Assembly: GCA_016201405.1 (NCBI GenBank)
Contig: JACQCZ010000001.1
Location: forward strand, 8,432 to 72,431
From: Candidatus Acetothermia bacterium
Lineage (GTDB): Bacteria > Bipolaricaulota > Bipolaricaulia > RBG-16-55-9
DNA length: 64,000 nucleotides
Direction of reading: 5' to 3'
The position numbers and the translations under genes were made by a program. The notes beneath the pieces were generated by a model. The model was not told the DNA's origin. It saw only the letters and a list, made by a program, of their open reading frames with translations, and did no database searches. Every line of letters starts with the position of its first letter. The stretch's first letter is position 1. This document shows positions 39,493 through 48,863 of this stretch, piece by piece.

Positions 39493-39958
39493 TGAAATTT
39501 TCAGGAGGACTAATCAGAGTGATAATCGCTTCGGCGACGACCTCATCCTCCACTTTCGAAAGAACTTCAAAACGAAAGAGACCCCCACGCGCCTTGAGCA
39601 GCTTGGCCTCAAAAACAAGCTGGTCTCCCGGTACGACTTGCTTGCGGAAGCGGGCGCTGTCAATCCCAACCAGTAATCCTTGTGCATATCGGCTGTTCGA
39701 GTATTGTTGCATGAGGATGCCTGCCGTCTGAGCCATGCCTTCGGTGATGAGCGTGCCTGGCATGATCGGGTTTCCAGGGAAATGCCCCTGGAAGACCTCT
39801 TCGTTGTGACTCACATTCTTGATCGCCACGACGCGCTCTGGTGATCGCTCCAGAATCCGATCCACCATGAGATAGGGATAGCGGAGCGGAAGAAGCTCCA
39901 GCGGAGAGGGCTGTTTTATTGGGCTCTGCTTACCAGTATCAGACATGCTCAGCGTCAC
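39485..39958 (-). CDS. fabZ: 3-hydroxyacyl-ACP dehydratase
   Basis: YPYLMVDR, KNVS.NE, FQGHFPGNPIMPG..EGMAQ, RFRKQVVPGD. Confidence 0.95.
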   Translation of the reverse strand: MTLSMSDTGKQSPIKQPSPLELLPLRYPYLMVDRILERSPERVVAIKNVSHNEEVFQGHFPGNPIMPGTLITEGMAQTAGILMQQYSNSRYAQGLLVGIDSARFRKQVVPGDQLVFEAKLLKARGGLFRFEVLSKVEDEVVAEAIITLISPPENFNE

Positions 39959-40596
39959 TTTGACGGCGGAGGAGTCTGGGGTTGCGACTCCTGCTTGAGC
40001 GTCTCCTTGAGTGCATCAATCACGAGTTGGGTGATGTCGTCTGCTTGTCCCTTCCGCGAATCCAAGACGACCGGGCTCAGTTTGCTGGCCGGGTTATCAA
40101 TAACAATGGCATATCCGTTTGCATCTCCGATCTTCTTGACTGCGCTCAAAATCTCTCCTTGAATAGGAGCAGAAAGCTCGAGGTTCTTCTGCTGAAGCCC
40201 CATTTCCAGGTCATTCGTTTTGGTATCATGATCGGTCTTTGAGATCTTGCCATTGGCAAAATCAGTGTCAAGAACAGCCTCTTGTGCCTCGACTTTTGCC
40301 TTTTCTGTCTCAAAGTCTGCCAGAGCTTGTTTTACGACTTCATTCTCCATGGTATAAAGTGTTTCTAAGACCTTGAACATGTCAACATAAGCAATCTTGT
40401 AGCTTCCTGGGGCTGTGTTCGAGCCTTTCATCGCTGTAAGCTGAGCGGTCAAATCATTCACTTTTGCTTCGAGTGTCTTGATTCGCTGATCGGATGGCGA
40501 TCCAATTCCAAGACCAACACCACCTAAAATAAAACCAATTCCGGCACCCACCACGACGAATCCCACAATCAGTGCTGCAAGTACTCCTTGTTTCAT
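39955..40596 (-). CDS. OmpH/Skp-like chaperone with N-terminal TM and coiled coil
   Basis: KIAYVD, helical arms, AVKKIG..GYAIVID..DITQLVI; downstream of bamA. Confidence 0.8.
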   Translation of the reverse strand: MKQGVLAALIVGFVVVGAGIGFILGGVGLGIGSPSDQRIKTLEAKVNDLTAQLTAMKGSNTAPGSYKIAYVDMFKVLETLYTMENEVVKQALADFETEKAKVEAQEAVLDTDFANGKISKTDHDTKTNDLEMGLQQKNLELSAPIQGEILSAVKKIGDANGYAIVIDNPASKLSPVVLDSRKGQADDITQLVIDALKETLKQESQPQTPPPSK

Positions 40597-40660
40597 AAAG
40601 TCAATTCCTCTCCCTTCCTCAGAACAAGCTTATGCGACCCCTAGAGCACAAATCAAGCCT

Positions 40661-41197
40661 CTATTTACTGGCTTGGATTTGAGACCAGATTTTGTCCGTG
40701 ATATCTTCCATAATATTATGCTGAGCAAAGAGAACCACATCCTCCACTTTGACAACGAGGTCGTAGTTACCCGAGCTGCCCACCTGATTGACGGCATTCT
40801 GTATCGGGCGAAGCAGGATCTCCTGAAAGAGCTGCTGCAACTGGTTGTTCAGCGGTGTCGCCTGGTCCGCATAAGCCTGGTCTGAAAGTGTCCCCGCATC
40901 ATTCTGATGTTTTAATGCAATTAACTTGTCTGAGATTGGCTTCCCTTGCTGCTCAAACTGATCTTTGAATTTGGGGTCATCCTGCAAGCGGAGCGCGATG
41001 TCGTTGACACGAACAACGCCCACCTTGAGCTTTGACGTCGCTGCGCCACCATTTTTCTCAAGGGTTGCAAGACGATCCTGATAGGTCGCCACTTCATTTT
41101 TAAGCGTGAGGATCTGTCCGATGCTAAAGGCCACTCCAATGATGAGAAGAAATCCCACCACGCCAGCAATGACCCCAAAGACCTGTTTCATGTCCAT
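40661..41197 (-). CDS. OmpH/Skp-like chaperone with N-terminal TM and coiled coil
   Basis: KVGVVRV, IQNAVNQVG..YDLVV..VLFA..DITDKI; immediately downstream of bamA. Confidence 0.78.
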   Translation of the reverse strand: MDMKQVFGVIAGVVGFLLIIGVAFSIGQILTLKNEVATYQDRLATLEKNGGAATSKLKVGVVRVNDIALRLQDDPKFKDQFEQQGKPISDKLIALKHQNDAGTLSDQAYADQATPLNNQLQQLFQEILLRPIQNAVNQVGSSGNYDLVVKVEDVVLFAQHNIMEDITDKIWSQIQASK

Positions 41198-41221
41198 GAA
41201 TAATCCCCCTCGGAATGTGGA

Positions 41222-43777
41222 TTAGAAGAGTGTGCCAAACCCAAACTCGACCTTCAATTCTTCGAGCTTGTTGGTGACGGGCCACGCAAAGGCTACGCGA
41301 ATGGGTCCGACATATGGAATCGTGACTCGGCCTTCGATGCCGACGGACTTCTTAAGCTTGAAGCTCTTATCCAAATTGCTGGTATCACTCCCAAAATCGG
41401 CAAAGAGTGCGATCGAGAAGTTGGGCTCAAGCATAATGCGATACTCGGCATTGAGATAGGCGATGGAGCTGCTATTCATCGGCTTGACTCCGCGAAGCGT
41501 CGTTGAGCCCCCCAGAGTGAACTGCTCCTGAGATGGCAGATCATCACCCCAGCCCCAGAAAAGGCGCAGAGCAATATTTTGATCTTCCATCGTAGGGAAG
41601 TGCTGAATCAGCGTCGTCTGAAGCCGGGTGAACTGCTCGCTGCCTGTAAGAAGACCCGCTCTCTCAATCTTGAGGGAGCGGCTTCCGCCCCGGGTAGCGA
41701 AGATGGGGTTGTTCCGGTTGTCATGATTGAACGTGAGCGAGAGCACGCTAGAGATGCCGCTCTCCTTGGCAGGCTCTTTGCTGTCGTCATACTCTTTGGT
41801 AAAAAGCTCATGCCTTAGACCCAAGACAAGCTGAATGTCATTGAAAGGATAGGCCAGTGACGCTTCGCCGCCGACCCGGTTGAGCACGTGGCTGCGCGGC
41901 TCTTTCTCATTGGTTGTCTTGTTGTAAAAATTGACACTGAAATAATCAGAGCCTTCAATCATCGTCCGGCTTTCATAATTCAAGCTCCAGGTGATGACGG
42001 ATTTACCCAGAATCCCTCGGTCTAGCTCAACCGAGACATCCTGCCCCGTTCCGTGTAGATTCTTGCTCTTGATGCTGAGCTGCCCTACCAGCCCCTCGGA
42101 TGAGACCGAGCCGCCAAAGCGAAAATCACCCAATTTGTCCTGTTCGATGACGTTTACAATCACTTTCTGCCCATCGGGGGTCTTGGCATCAAAATTGAAG
42201 TTCACATCTTTGAAGTAGCCCAGATCTAACAGTTTTCTGTACGTCTCAGCTAGCATGAACTGATTGAGATACTGACCTGGCTTGATCGCAAGCTGCTTGG
42301 CGATCACTTTGGGATCGGTAAAAGGGAGACCACTCGATGCGGTCGTTCCTAATAGATCGCCCAAGAACTTTGAAAAGTCCTGAAAGAAACGGACAGCTGG
42401 GTTGTTCTGGTCGCTGGAGCCCAAGACAGTGGGGTGATCTTCATCGCCAGTATTCTCAGGAGATGTCTTCTGATCCGGAGGGGACGACGTAGATGTATCA
42501 CTGCTCGTCGAAGTCGAAGGCTTGACTCCTTCGGGAAGCGGAATCGGCTTAAAGGGCTCTTTCTCTGTGATGCTTACCGTGGGGATACCGTTCTGCTGAA
42601 TCTCGATCTCGCCTATTCTTCCCTCATCCACCTTCAGAGTGAGCACGCCATTCTGAATGCTATCCTTGCTCACTTGGGTCATCACATAGCCTTCCTTGAG
42701 GTAGAAGCGGTGGACTCCTTCAATCGCTTTTAGCAGCGTGAAGTTGTCAACTACGCCGGGCTTCAATTCAACTTTGTGTTCAAGCTCGGCAGCATAGAAG
42801 GCTCTGTTCCCAGTAAACTTTACGCTGTTGATCTGGATCGCCTGATCCAGAATCTGATTGACCTTCAGATTGACGGTCAAAACGATCCGATCCGGAGTGC
42901 TCCCTTGCTGCGGAACGAGATCTGAATCCTTCAATGGGGCAAAATAGACAGACTGGGCCAATTTTTGCAGATTTCCTTGAAGCTCGCTGATCTTGATAGG
43001 CTTTAGGAGTGGCATCTCTTTGAGCAGCTTCTCAGCCTCTTCTTTATAGGGGCTCTCTACCCCTTCGACATCCACACGCTCAACGACCCGCTCTAAGAAT
43101 TCAATGTGCACAACTTTGCCCGCCGAGGCGCTGGCAATATCAAAAAGGACGTACTCTTTGCTGTGATACTCATTGCAGATGCTCGGACTTGGCGGCATTT
43201 TAGAGCAATGCCCCGTCATATCAATACCCAAGGCCTTTTGAAACTGAACGCTGTTGAAGACCTCACCCTTTTTGATGCCATAGTTTGTCAAAATCTCACT
43301 GACACGCTCAGGCGGAACAGTGTATTTTACAAAGGGCCAGGGAAGGCTGAGCCCCAAAACCTGAATGCGCTTCTCTCCGTTCCAGTTACGATTGCCAACC
43401 ACATCAATTTTCTCGATCAATGGGTTCTCAAAGACTTGGATCGTCACAACGACGCCAGTGCCTTTCTCGTTGGCATGAGAATCAGCTGCAGCATCCTGGA
43501 AGAGGCCGATATTCTTGATCTTAAGCTCCGCGCGCTTTAGATCATCCGGGATGGTGATCTCATCGCCCTTTTTGAAGGGCAGCACATCCAGAATCTTTAC
43601 AAGTGAAACGTGATCATTGCCTTTGACCTGAATCGAATCGACTACAACTTTTTTTGTATCCGACTGAAAGGACTGCGCCTGGACAACTTCGGTGGCACCT
43701 TGGCCAAAAATCAAGAGAGCGAGCGCTATCATTCCAACCCGAAGCATCCAGCGGTTCATCTCCACTCGATGAGTCAT
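41222..43777 (-). CDS. bamA: Omp85/BamA outer-membrane assembly factor
   Basis: Signal peptide; POTRA repeats (IQVKGN..GLFQD; KFTGN..EGY; LGYFKDV); NLHGTGQ; DNRNN; FTLGGSTTLRG; GPIRVAFA; C-terminal FGTLF. Confidence 0.9.
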   Translation of the reverse strand: MTHRVEMNRWMLRVGMIALALLIFGQGATEVVQAQSFQSDTKKVVVDSIQVKGNDHVSLVKILDVLPFKKGDEITIPDDLKRAELKIKNIGLFQDAAADSHANEKGTGVVVTIQVFENPLIEKIDVVGNRNWNGEKRIQVLGLSLPWPFVKYTVPPERVSEILTNYGIKKGEVFNSVQFQKALGIDMTGHCSKMPPSPSICNEYHSKEYVLFDIASASAGKVVHIEFLERVVERVDVEGVESPYKEEAEKLLKEMPLLKPIKISELQGNLQKLAQSVYFAPLKDSDLVPQQGSTPDRIVLTVNLKVNQILDQAIQINSVKFTGNRAFYAAELEHKVELKPGVVDNFTLLKAIEGVHRFYLKEGYVMTQVSKDSIQNGVLTLKVDEGRIGEIEIQQNGIPTVSITEKEPFKPIPLPEGVKPSTSTSSDTSTSSPPDQKTSPENTGDEDHPTVLGSSDQNNPAVRFFQDFSKFLGDLLGTTASSGLPFTDPKVIAKQLAIKPGQYLNQFMLAETYRKLLDLGYFKDVNFNFDAKTPDGQKVIVNVIEQDKLGDFRFGGSVSSEGLVGQLSIKSKNLHGTGQDVSVELDRGILGKSVITWSLNYESRTMIEGSDYFSVNFYNKTTNEKEPRSHVLNRVGGEASLAYPFNDIQLVLGLRHELFTKEYDDSKEPAKESGISSVLSLTFNHDNRNNPIFATRGGSRSLKIERAGLLTGSEQFTRLQTTLIQHFPTMEDQNIALRLFWGWGDDLPSQEQFTLGGSTTLRGVKPMNSSSIAYLNAEYRIMLEPNFSIALFADFGSDTSNLDKSFKLKKSVGIEGRVTIPYVGPIRVAFAWPVTNKLEELKVEFGFGTLF

Positions 43778-43780
43778 TTT

Positions 43781-45325
43781 TTACTCTCCTCCTTCAAGAA
43801 TCTCTAGGGAACTGCGATATTGTATGGCCTCTGCCACGTGGGCAGGCCCAATCTGACTGACGCCATCCAGATCAGCAATTGTGCGCGCGACTTTGAGAAC
43901 GCGGCCATAGGCACGGGCGCTCAGACTGTACAAATCAATGGCGCGCTCCAGGAGTTTTTTGGCTTCATCCTCCAAGAGACAATATTTGCGAATCTCTCGG
44001 ATCCCCATCTGCGCATTGGCGTGAAGCCTGGAATCTGAAAATCTCTCCTGCTGAACTCGTCTCGCCTCCACAACTCTCTTTCGTATCTCCTCTGAAGTGA
44101 CTCCAGCCGGCTTGCCCATCAACTCATCCTTGCTGAGGCGCGGCACTTCCACAAAGAGATCAATTCTGTCTAAAAATGGGCCCGAAATTCTTTTGCGATA
44201 TCGCCTAATCTCCACCGGGCTGCAGCGGCAGCGCTTGGCGGGATCGCCAACATGGCCGCAAGGACAGGGATTCATCGCCGCAACCAGTGTAAAATTGGCC
44301 GGAAATGTGACGGCTGAAGCCGCACGAGAGATGGTGATCTCGCGCTCTTCCAGTGGCTGGCGCAGAGTCTCTAAAACGGGTCTCTCAAACTCAGGCAGCT
44401 CATCTAAAAATAAGACGCCGCAATGGGCCAGGCTTATCTCACCAGGTCGTGGGAAGCCATGTCCCCCACCCACCATGCCCGCATACGAGATAGTGTGATG
44501 CGGAGAGCGGAAGGCTCGTTGAGTGATCAGCGACTGGTCCCCTGAGAGCAGCCCCATAATGCTATAAATCTTCGTCACCTCAAGTGATTCTTCAAAATTG
44601 AGTTCGGGAAGGATGCTCGGGAGTCGAGTGGCTAACATGCTCTTCCCTGATCCTGGCGGGCCCACCATCAGAACATTATGGCCACCCGCGGCTGCAATCT
44701 CCAATGCCCGCTTGGCCTGCTCCTGCCCCCGAATCTCGCTCATATCTACATCATATCGCTTCTGTTGCCCACTCAATGCAGGATGTTCAAATGGGTGTGG
44801 GGCTATTGTACGCTCTCCTTGGAGGAATTGAACAGTCTCGGCCAATGTTTTTACGCCATAGACTTCTATCCCTTCCACCACAGCTGCCTCTTTGGCGTTG
44901 GCTTCTGGGACAATCATCCTTTTGATCCCAAGCTCCCGACAGGCGAGTGCGACAGGCAGGGTTCCTTTGATCGAGCGGAGCTCACCATTTAAAGATAGCT
45001 CACCCATGGCCACAAGATTTTCTGCCCGTTTATCTTCAAGCTGTTCCGTCGCCCTCAAGATTCCTAAAGCAAGCGGGAGATCGAGTCCGACACCTTCCTT
45101 CTTAAGATCCGCCGGGGCAAGATTTACCGTGATTCGCTTGGCTGGAAAGTCGTAGCCAGAATTTTTTATCGCGCTGCGAATGCGCTCGCGGCTCTCTTGG
45201 ACCTCTTTCTCGGGAAGACCTACGATGTTGAACGCAGGCAAACCCATAGTGAGGTCGCACTGGACCTCGATGAGCATGGCATCAATCCCCATGACTGCGC
45301 CGCTCAGCACTTTAGAGAACATCAT
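43781..45325 (-). CDS. comM: YifB/ComM Mg-chelatase-like AAA+ ATPase
   Basis: IVGLP, ITVNLAPAD, GPPGSGKSM, FRSPHH, GEISLAH, LFLDELPEF, AMNPCPCG, LSAR. Confidence 0.95.
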   Translation of the reverse strand: MMFSKVLSGAVMGIDAMLIEVQCDLTMGLPAFNIVGLPEKEVQESRERIRSAIKNSGYDFPAKRITVNLAPADLKKEGVGLDLPLALGILRATEQLEDKRAENLVAMGELSLNGELRSIKGTLPVALACRELGIKRMIVPEANAKEAAVVEGIEVYGVKTLAETVQFLQGERTIAPHPFEHPALSGQQKRYDVDMSEIRGQEQAKRALEIAAAGGHNVLMVGPPGSGKSMLATRLPSILPELNFEESLEVTKIYSIMGLLSGDQSLITQRAFRSPHHTISYAGMVGGGHGFPRPGEISLAHCGVLFLDELPEFERPVLETLRQPLEEREITISRAASAVTFPANFTLVAAMNPCPCGHVGDPAKRCRCSPVEIRRYRKRISGPFLDRIDLFVEVPRLSKDELMGKPAGVTSEEIRKRVVEARRVQQERFSDSRLHANAQMGIREIRKYCLLEDEAKKLLERAIDLYSLSARAYGRVLKVARTIADLDGVSQIGPAHVAEAIQYRSSLEILEGGE

Positions 45326-45331
45326 CCAAGC

Positions 45332-45682
45332 TCATTCAATGGAAAATGCATTCTGGAAGAGGCGGGCTGATCCACCTGAGAGGGCCACCACATCAAAACG
45401 GAGATCGAGCTCTGTTGGGTGCTCCTGCAGATATCGCATTGCGGTCTGAATAATCTTTCCGCGTTTTTGTGCCGTCACATGCTCCTCCGGCAGACCAAAC
45501 GACTCTGAGCTTCGGAACTTGACTTCGACAAAGACGAGGCAGTTGCCATCGCGTGCGATAATGTCAATCTCACCGCCGCGCCAGCGATAGTTCCGCTGAA
45601 CAATTTGATAGTCATGATTTTTTAAAAAGAGGATCGCTTGGTCTTCCCCCCGAATCCCCCGTTCATGAGCCTTTTCTTCCAT
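45332..45682 (-). CDS. yraN: YraN family putative endonuclease (UPF0102)
   Basis: GIRGE, RNYR..GEIDII, FVEVKFR, RFDVV. Confidence 0.94.
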   Translation of the reverse strand: MEEKAHERGIRGEDQAILFLKNHDYQIVQRNYRWRGGEIDIIARDGNCLVFVEVKFRSSESFGLPEEHVTAQKRGKIIQTAMRYLQEHPTELDLRFDVVALSGGSARLFQNAFSIE

Positions 45683-45699
45683 CTCGGTTGGTCGGGTCT

Positions 45700-45729
45700 A
45701 TTTTAGCGGGAGAATCTGCAGGCTGTCAA
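45700..45729 (-). promoter_or_regulatory. Near-consensus sigma70 promoter for the yraN-comM-bamA run
   Basis: TTGACA-18 nt-TAAAAT. Confidence 0.72.
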
Positions 45730-45774
45730 GGAATTTTCAATGATGAAGCTACGAGTTTTTATCTTGGTTGCTAG

Positions 45775-47493
45775 TTATTTGTCAGTCGTCTGTTCGACTG
45801 GCAGAAGGTGCTCATGCCCGATGATTCCTAGAGCGACCTCTTTGAAGACAGGTGCGGCAACAATGCCGCCATAATAGTCTTGTCCTTGGCTGATATCCAC
45901 CTCATCCAAAACAACAATCACAACATATTTCGGGTTTTCAACTGGGAAAAACCCAGCAAAGAGCGAGGTGTACCTGTCAGTCGCATATCCGCGTCCACCT
46001 AGCTTTGCTTTCTGACCTGTTCCTGTTTTGGCCGCGACATCAAAACCATCGATCTTGGCGTTTGTGCCCGTCCCATCTTCAACAACCAGCGCCATCATAG
46101 ATTTGAGCTCATCCAGACTCGGCTTCGATGCGACTGGTGCGGTCTTTGAGGGCGACAACCCCTGATCAGAAGTTGTCTTAGAGTTGAAGTCATTGACTTG
46201 GCGAATGATATGCGGTGTCCTCAACCAGCCTCCATTGGCCAGTACGCCATAGGCCGCTGCCAGCTGGATTCCCGTGACCGAGACGGCTTGTCCTATGGAG
46301 ATCGCAGCCTGATCTGTGCCCTGCCAGGCATCCGGTGGGTGGAGCGTACCAGCGACCTCGCCGGGAAGCTCAACGCCAGTCCGTTTTCCAAATCCAAATC
46401 TGTGCAAAAACTGGTAGAGATAATCGGGCTGGAGGCTTTGGGTCATGCGAATAATAGCCGTGTTGACTGAATTCTTGAAGAGATTGGCGACAGTATCATA
46501 GCCGTAACTCTTGTATTCGGCATTGTGAAATTTATGCCCAAAGAGTGTCATGGGCTGATCCCCGTTGAAAATATCATCCGGTTTTATATTTCCGGCATCT
46601 AACGCTGCAAGCACAGTGAATGGCTTAAATGTGGAGCCGGGCTCAAAGGTGAGAGCAACCAGCCAGTCATTTCTCTGAGATGCTGATGAAGTCTCAAAAT
46701 GGTTGAGGTCATAGGTCTTGTGAGAAGCGAGTGCGATGATATCTCCGGATTGAGGATCGAGGACGATGACAAATCCGCCTTTGGCATTGCGCTGCCGTAC
46801 GGCGTTTTTGATAGCATCCTCGGCAATATGCTGAATGGTAGAGTCCAGCGTGAGATAGATGTCACTTCCGGGGAGACCGGGATCGACAATGCGTGTTGAG
46901 AGTTGGGTTCCACCCCCGCCACGCACAATCTCATCGTGCTCCTCATGACCACGCAGAGCCTCATCAAATTGGAGCTCAATTCCTTCGAGTCCGTGATCAT
47001 CCATGCCAGAGAAGCCGATCACATTGGAGGCCAGTGAGCCTTGCGGATAGACCCTCTTCCATTCTGGAATGAAGATGAGACCCCAGGTGCCCATCTCTTG
47101 AGCATCTTTTTGCAGAGCATCGGCAACGTCAGGATCCACTTTGCGCTCAATCCAGGTAAAGAATCCTTCGCGATAGATCAGCTTGCGCGCGTCGCTTTGA
47201 GATAGACCCAAGTGCTTCTCCAAAAGCCCTTCCAGAAGCTCAGGCTTGGTCATGTGGTAGTTATCCAGGGCGATGGAAGTGGCCTGCACATCGAAGGCCA
47301 ACAACTGGCCATTGCGGTCATAGATGCGACCACGGGGCTGGCTCTGAATAACCTCACGAATTTGGACCTGGCTGGCCTTTTGCAGCCACTCGCGATGATC
47401 AAGCACCTGAGTCTCAAATAGCTTGGCGGCCACACTGAAGAAGAAGACCAACAGCAGTCCAAAGATGACTAGAATCTTTTTGCGGGGGTTCAT
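45775..47493 (-). CDS. ftsI: Class B penicillin-binding protein
   Basis: RGRIYDRNG, RVYPQG, GLEGIE, EPGSTFK (SxxK), SVN, KTGT; follows ftsL; no PASTA domains. Confidence 0.92.
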   Translation of the reverse strand: MNPRKKILVIFGLLLVFFFSVAAKLFETQVLDHREWLQKASQVQIREVIQSQPRGRIYDRNGQLLAFDVQATSIALDNYHMTKPELLEGLLEKHLGLSQSDARKLIYREGFFTWIERKVDPDVADALQKDAQEMGTWGLIFIPEWKRVYPQGSLASNVIGFSGMDDHGLEGIELQFDEALRGHEEHDEIVRGGGGTQLSTRIVDPGLPGSDIYLTLDSTIQHIAEDAIKNAVRQRNAKGGFVIVLDPQSGDIIALASHKTYDLNHFETSSASQRNDWLVALTFEPGSTFKPFTVLAALDAGNIKPDDIFNGDQPMTLFGHKFHNAEYKSYGYDTVANLFKNSVNTAIIRMTQSLQPDYLYQFLHRFGFGKRTGVELPGEVAGTLHPPDAWQGTDQAAISIGQAVSVTGIQLAAAYGVLANGGWLRTPHIIRQVNDFNSKTTSDQGLSPSKTAPVASKPSLDELKSMMALVVEDGTGTNAKIDGFDVAAKTGTGQKAKLGGRGYATDRYTSLFAGFFPVENPKYVVIVVLDEVDISQGQDYYGGIVAAPVFKEVALGIIGHEHLLPVEQTTDK

Positions 47494-47843
47494 TTGCTTA
47501 GGTCAATATAATTCAAGGTCTTATCATTGGGTGATGGACGGATCATTCCGAGCTTCCTGGCCGCCTCTTCAATCTTGGCGAGAGAGAAGGCCTGAGCGAC
47601 ATCAAATCGCAAGTTCTCACGCTGATTTTCAAGCGCGCTCAACTCTTGATCAGACTTGTGGAGCTGATTGAGCCAATAGACAGATTGCCAAGATTCCCAG
47701 ACATAAAAGAGCGCCAAGAATGCGCCACCAAAGAGCCCAATAAGAATCAGTAGACGCTGCCGGTTGAGAAAAGGCGCTCGTGCAGGCGAATGCATGCCCT
47801 GTCGGGTTGTGATTCTGCGTCGTGATACCGTTTGAGTTGCCAT
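47490..47843 (-). CDS. ftsL: Cell division protein FtsL-like
   Basis: Basic N-terminus, TM, coiled coil, IEEAARKLGM; between rsmH and ftsI. Confidence 0.8.
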   Translation of the reverse strand: MATQTVSRRRITTRQGMHSPARAPFLNRQRLLILIGLFGGAFLALFYVWESWQSVYWLNQLHKSDQELSALENQRENLRFDVAQAFSLAKIEEAARKLGMIRPSPNDKTLNYIDLSK

Positions 47844-47849
47844 CTTGGG

Positions 47850-47878
47850 AGTCTAAAAGTACGAGAGCAGAAGATGAA
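47850..47878 (-). promoter_or_regulatory. Internal promoter for ftsL with leaderless geometry
   Basis: TTCATC-17 nt-TAGACT, then 6 nt, then ATG; no SD. Confidence 0.5.
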
Positions 47879-47915
47879 GCCCAAGGACAGGCGTCTCTTT
47901 CAAACGGGCAGGAGA

Positions 47916-48863
47916 TCAGAGTTTTTTGAGTGCACGAGCGCGGGCACTTCGCGCTCGTGGATTTTTTTTCAATTCTTCTGGTGATGGCGTAGCCTCGCCG
48001 AGCAGCTCTGCCTCGGGCTGGTGGTGGCAAACACAGAGAGGTAAATCTGGAGGACAAGTGCAGCCCTTTGACTTCTCCTTCATAAACTGTTTCACGATGC
48101 GATCCTCCAGAGAATGAAATGTGATAACGACCAGACGCCCATCGGGTCTCAAATGCTCAAATGCGACTTCAAGCCCGACTCTTATATTTCCAAGCTCATC
48201 ATTGACCGCGATGCGTAGCGCCTGAAAGGTTCGAGTTGCTGGATGTGCGCTTCCAGATTGATACAACTTGCGCTGGGCGGGCTGTGGAATTGCGCGCTCA
48301 ATAACTCTCACAAGCTCGTGTGTCGTCTCGATGGGCTTCTGTTTGCGTTGTCTCGCAATCTCACTGGCAATACGTGCTGCAAATCGCTCCTCGCCATACT
48401 CCCTCAAGATTTGAATCAAATCATCTGTTGTATATTGATTGACAATCTCTCGCGCGGTGAGAGGGGCATCAGGTGAATAGCGCATGTCGAGCGGCGCATC
48501 AGACTGGAAGCTAAAGCCGCGCTCCCGGCTGTCGATTTGCAGCGATGAGAAGCCGAGATCGAGCAAAATTCCGTTTACCTCTTGGATCTGTACTTGATCT
48601 AAGATTTGGTCGAGATCTTTGTAATTGGCATGAAAGAGATCGACTGGCGCATGGGTATCTTTGAGCCGCCCTCTAGCTCTCTCAACAGCTTGGGGATCAA
48701 GATCAAGCCCAATCAGTCGCCCCTTTTGAGGATCAAGACGTTTTGCAATTTCCATGGCATGGCCACCGCCACCCACAGTCCCATCCACATAGAAGCCATC
48801 AGGGCGTGGTGCCAGAAACTCTAAGACCTCATCTAATAAAACTGACTGGTGTTGAGGAGTCAT
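47916..48863 (-). CDS. rsmH: 16S rRNA m4C1402 methyltransferase
   Basis: Start revised to ATG 48863, overlapping the csaB stop; HQSVL, DGTVGGGGHA, DLGFSS, PLDMR, FQALRIAVN, FHSLEDR, NPRARSA. Confidence 0.96.
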   Translation of the reverse strand: MTPQHQSVLLDEVLEFLAPRPDGFYVDGTVGGGGHAMEIAKRLDPQKGRLIGLDLDPQAVERARGRLKDTHAPVDLFHANYKDLDQILDQVQIQEVNGILLDLGFSSLQIDSRERGFSFQSDAPLDMRYSPDAPLTAREIVNQYTTDDLIQILREYGEERFAARIASEIARQRKQKPIETTHELVRVIERAIPQPAQRKLYQSGSAHPATRTFQALRIAVNDELGNIRVGLEVAFEHLRPDGRLVVITFHSLEDRIVKQFMKEKSKGCTCPPDLPLCVCHHQPEAELLGEATPSPEELKKNPRARSARARALKKL

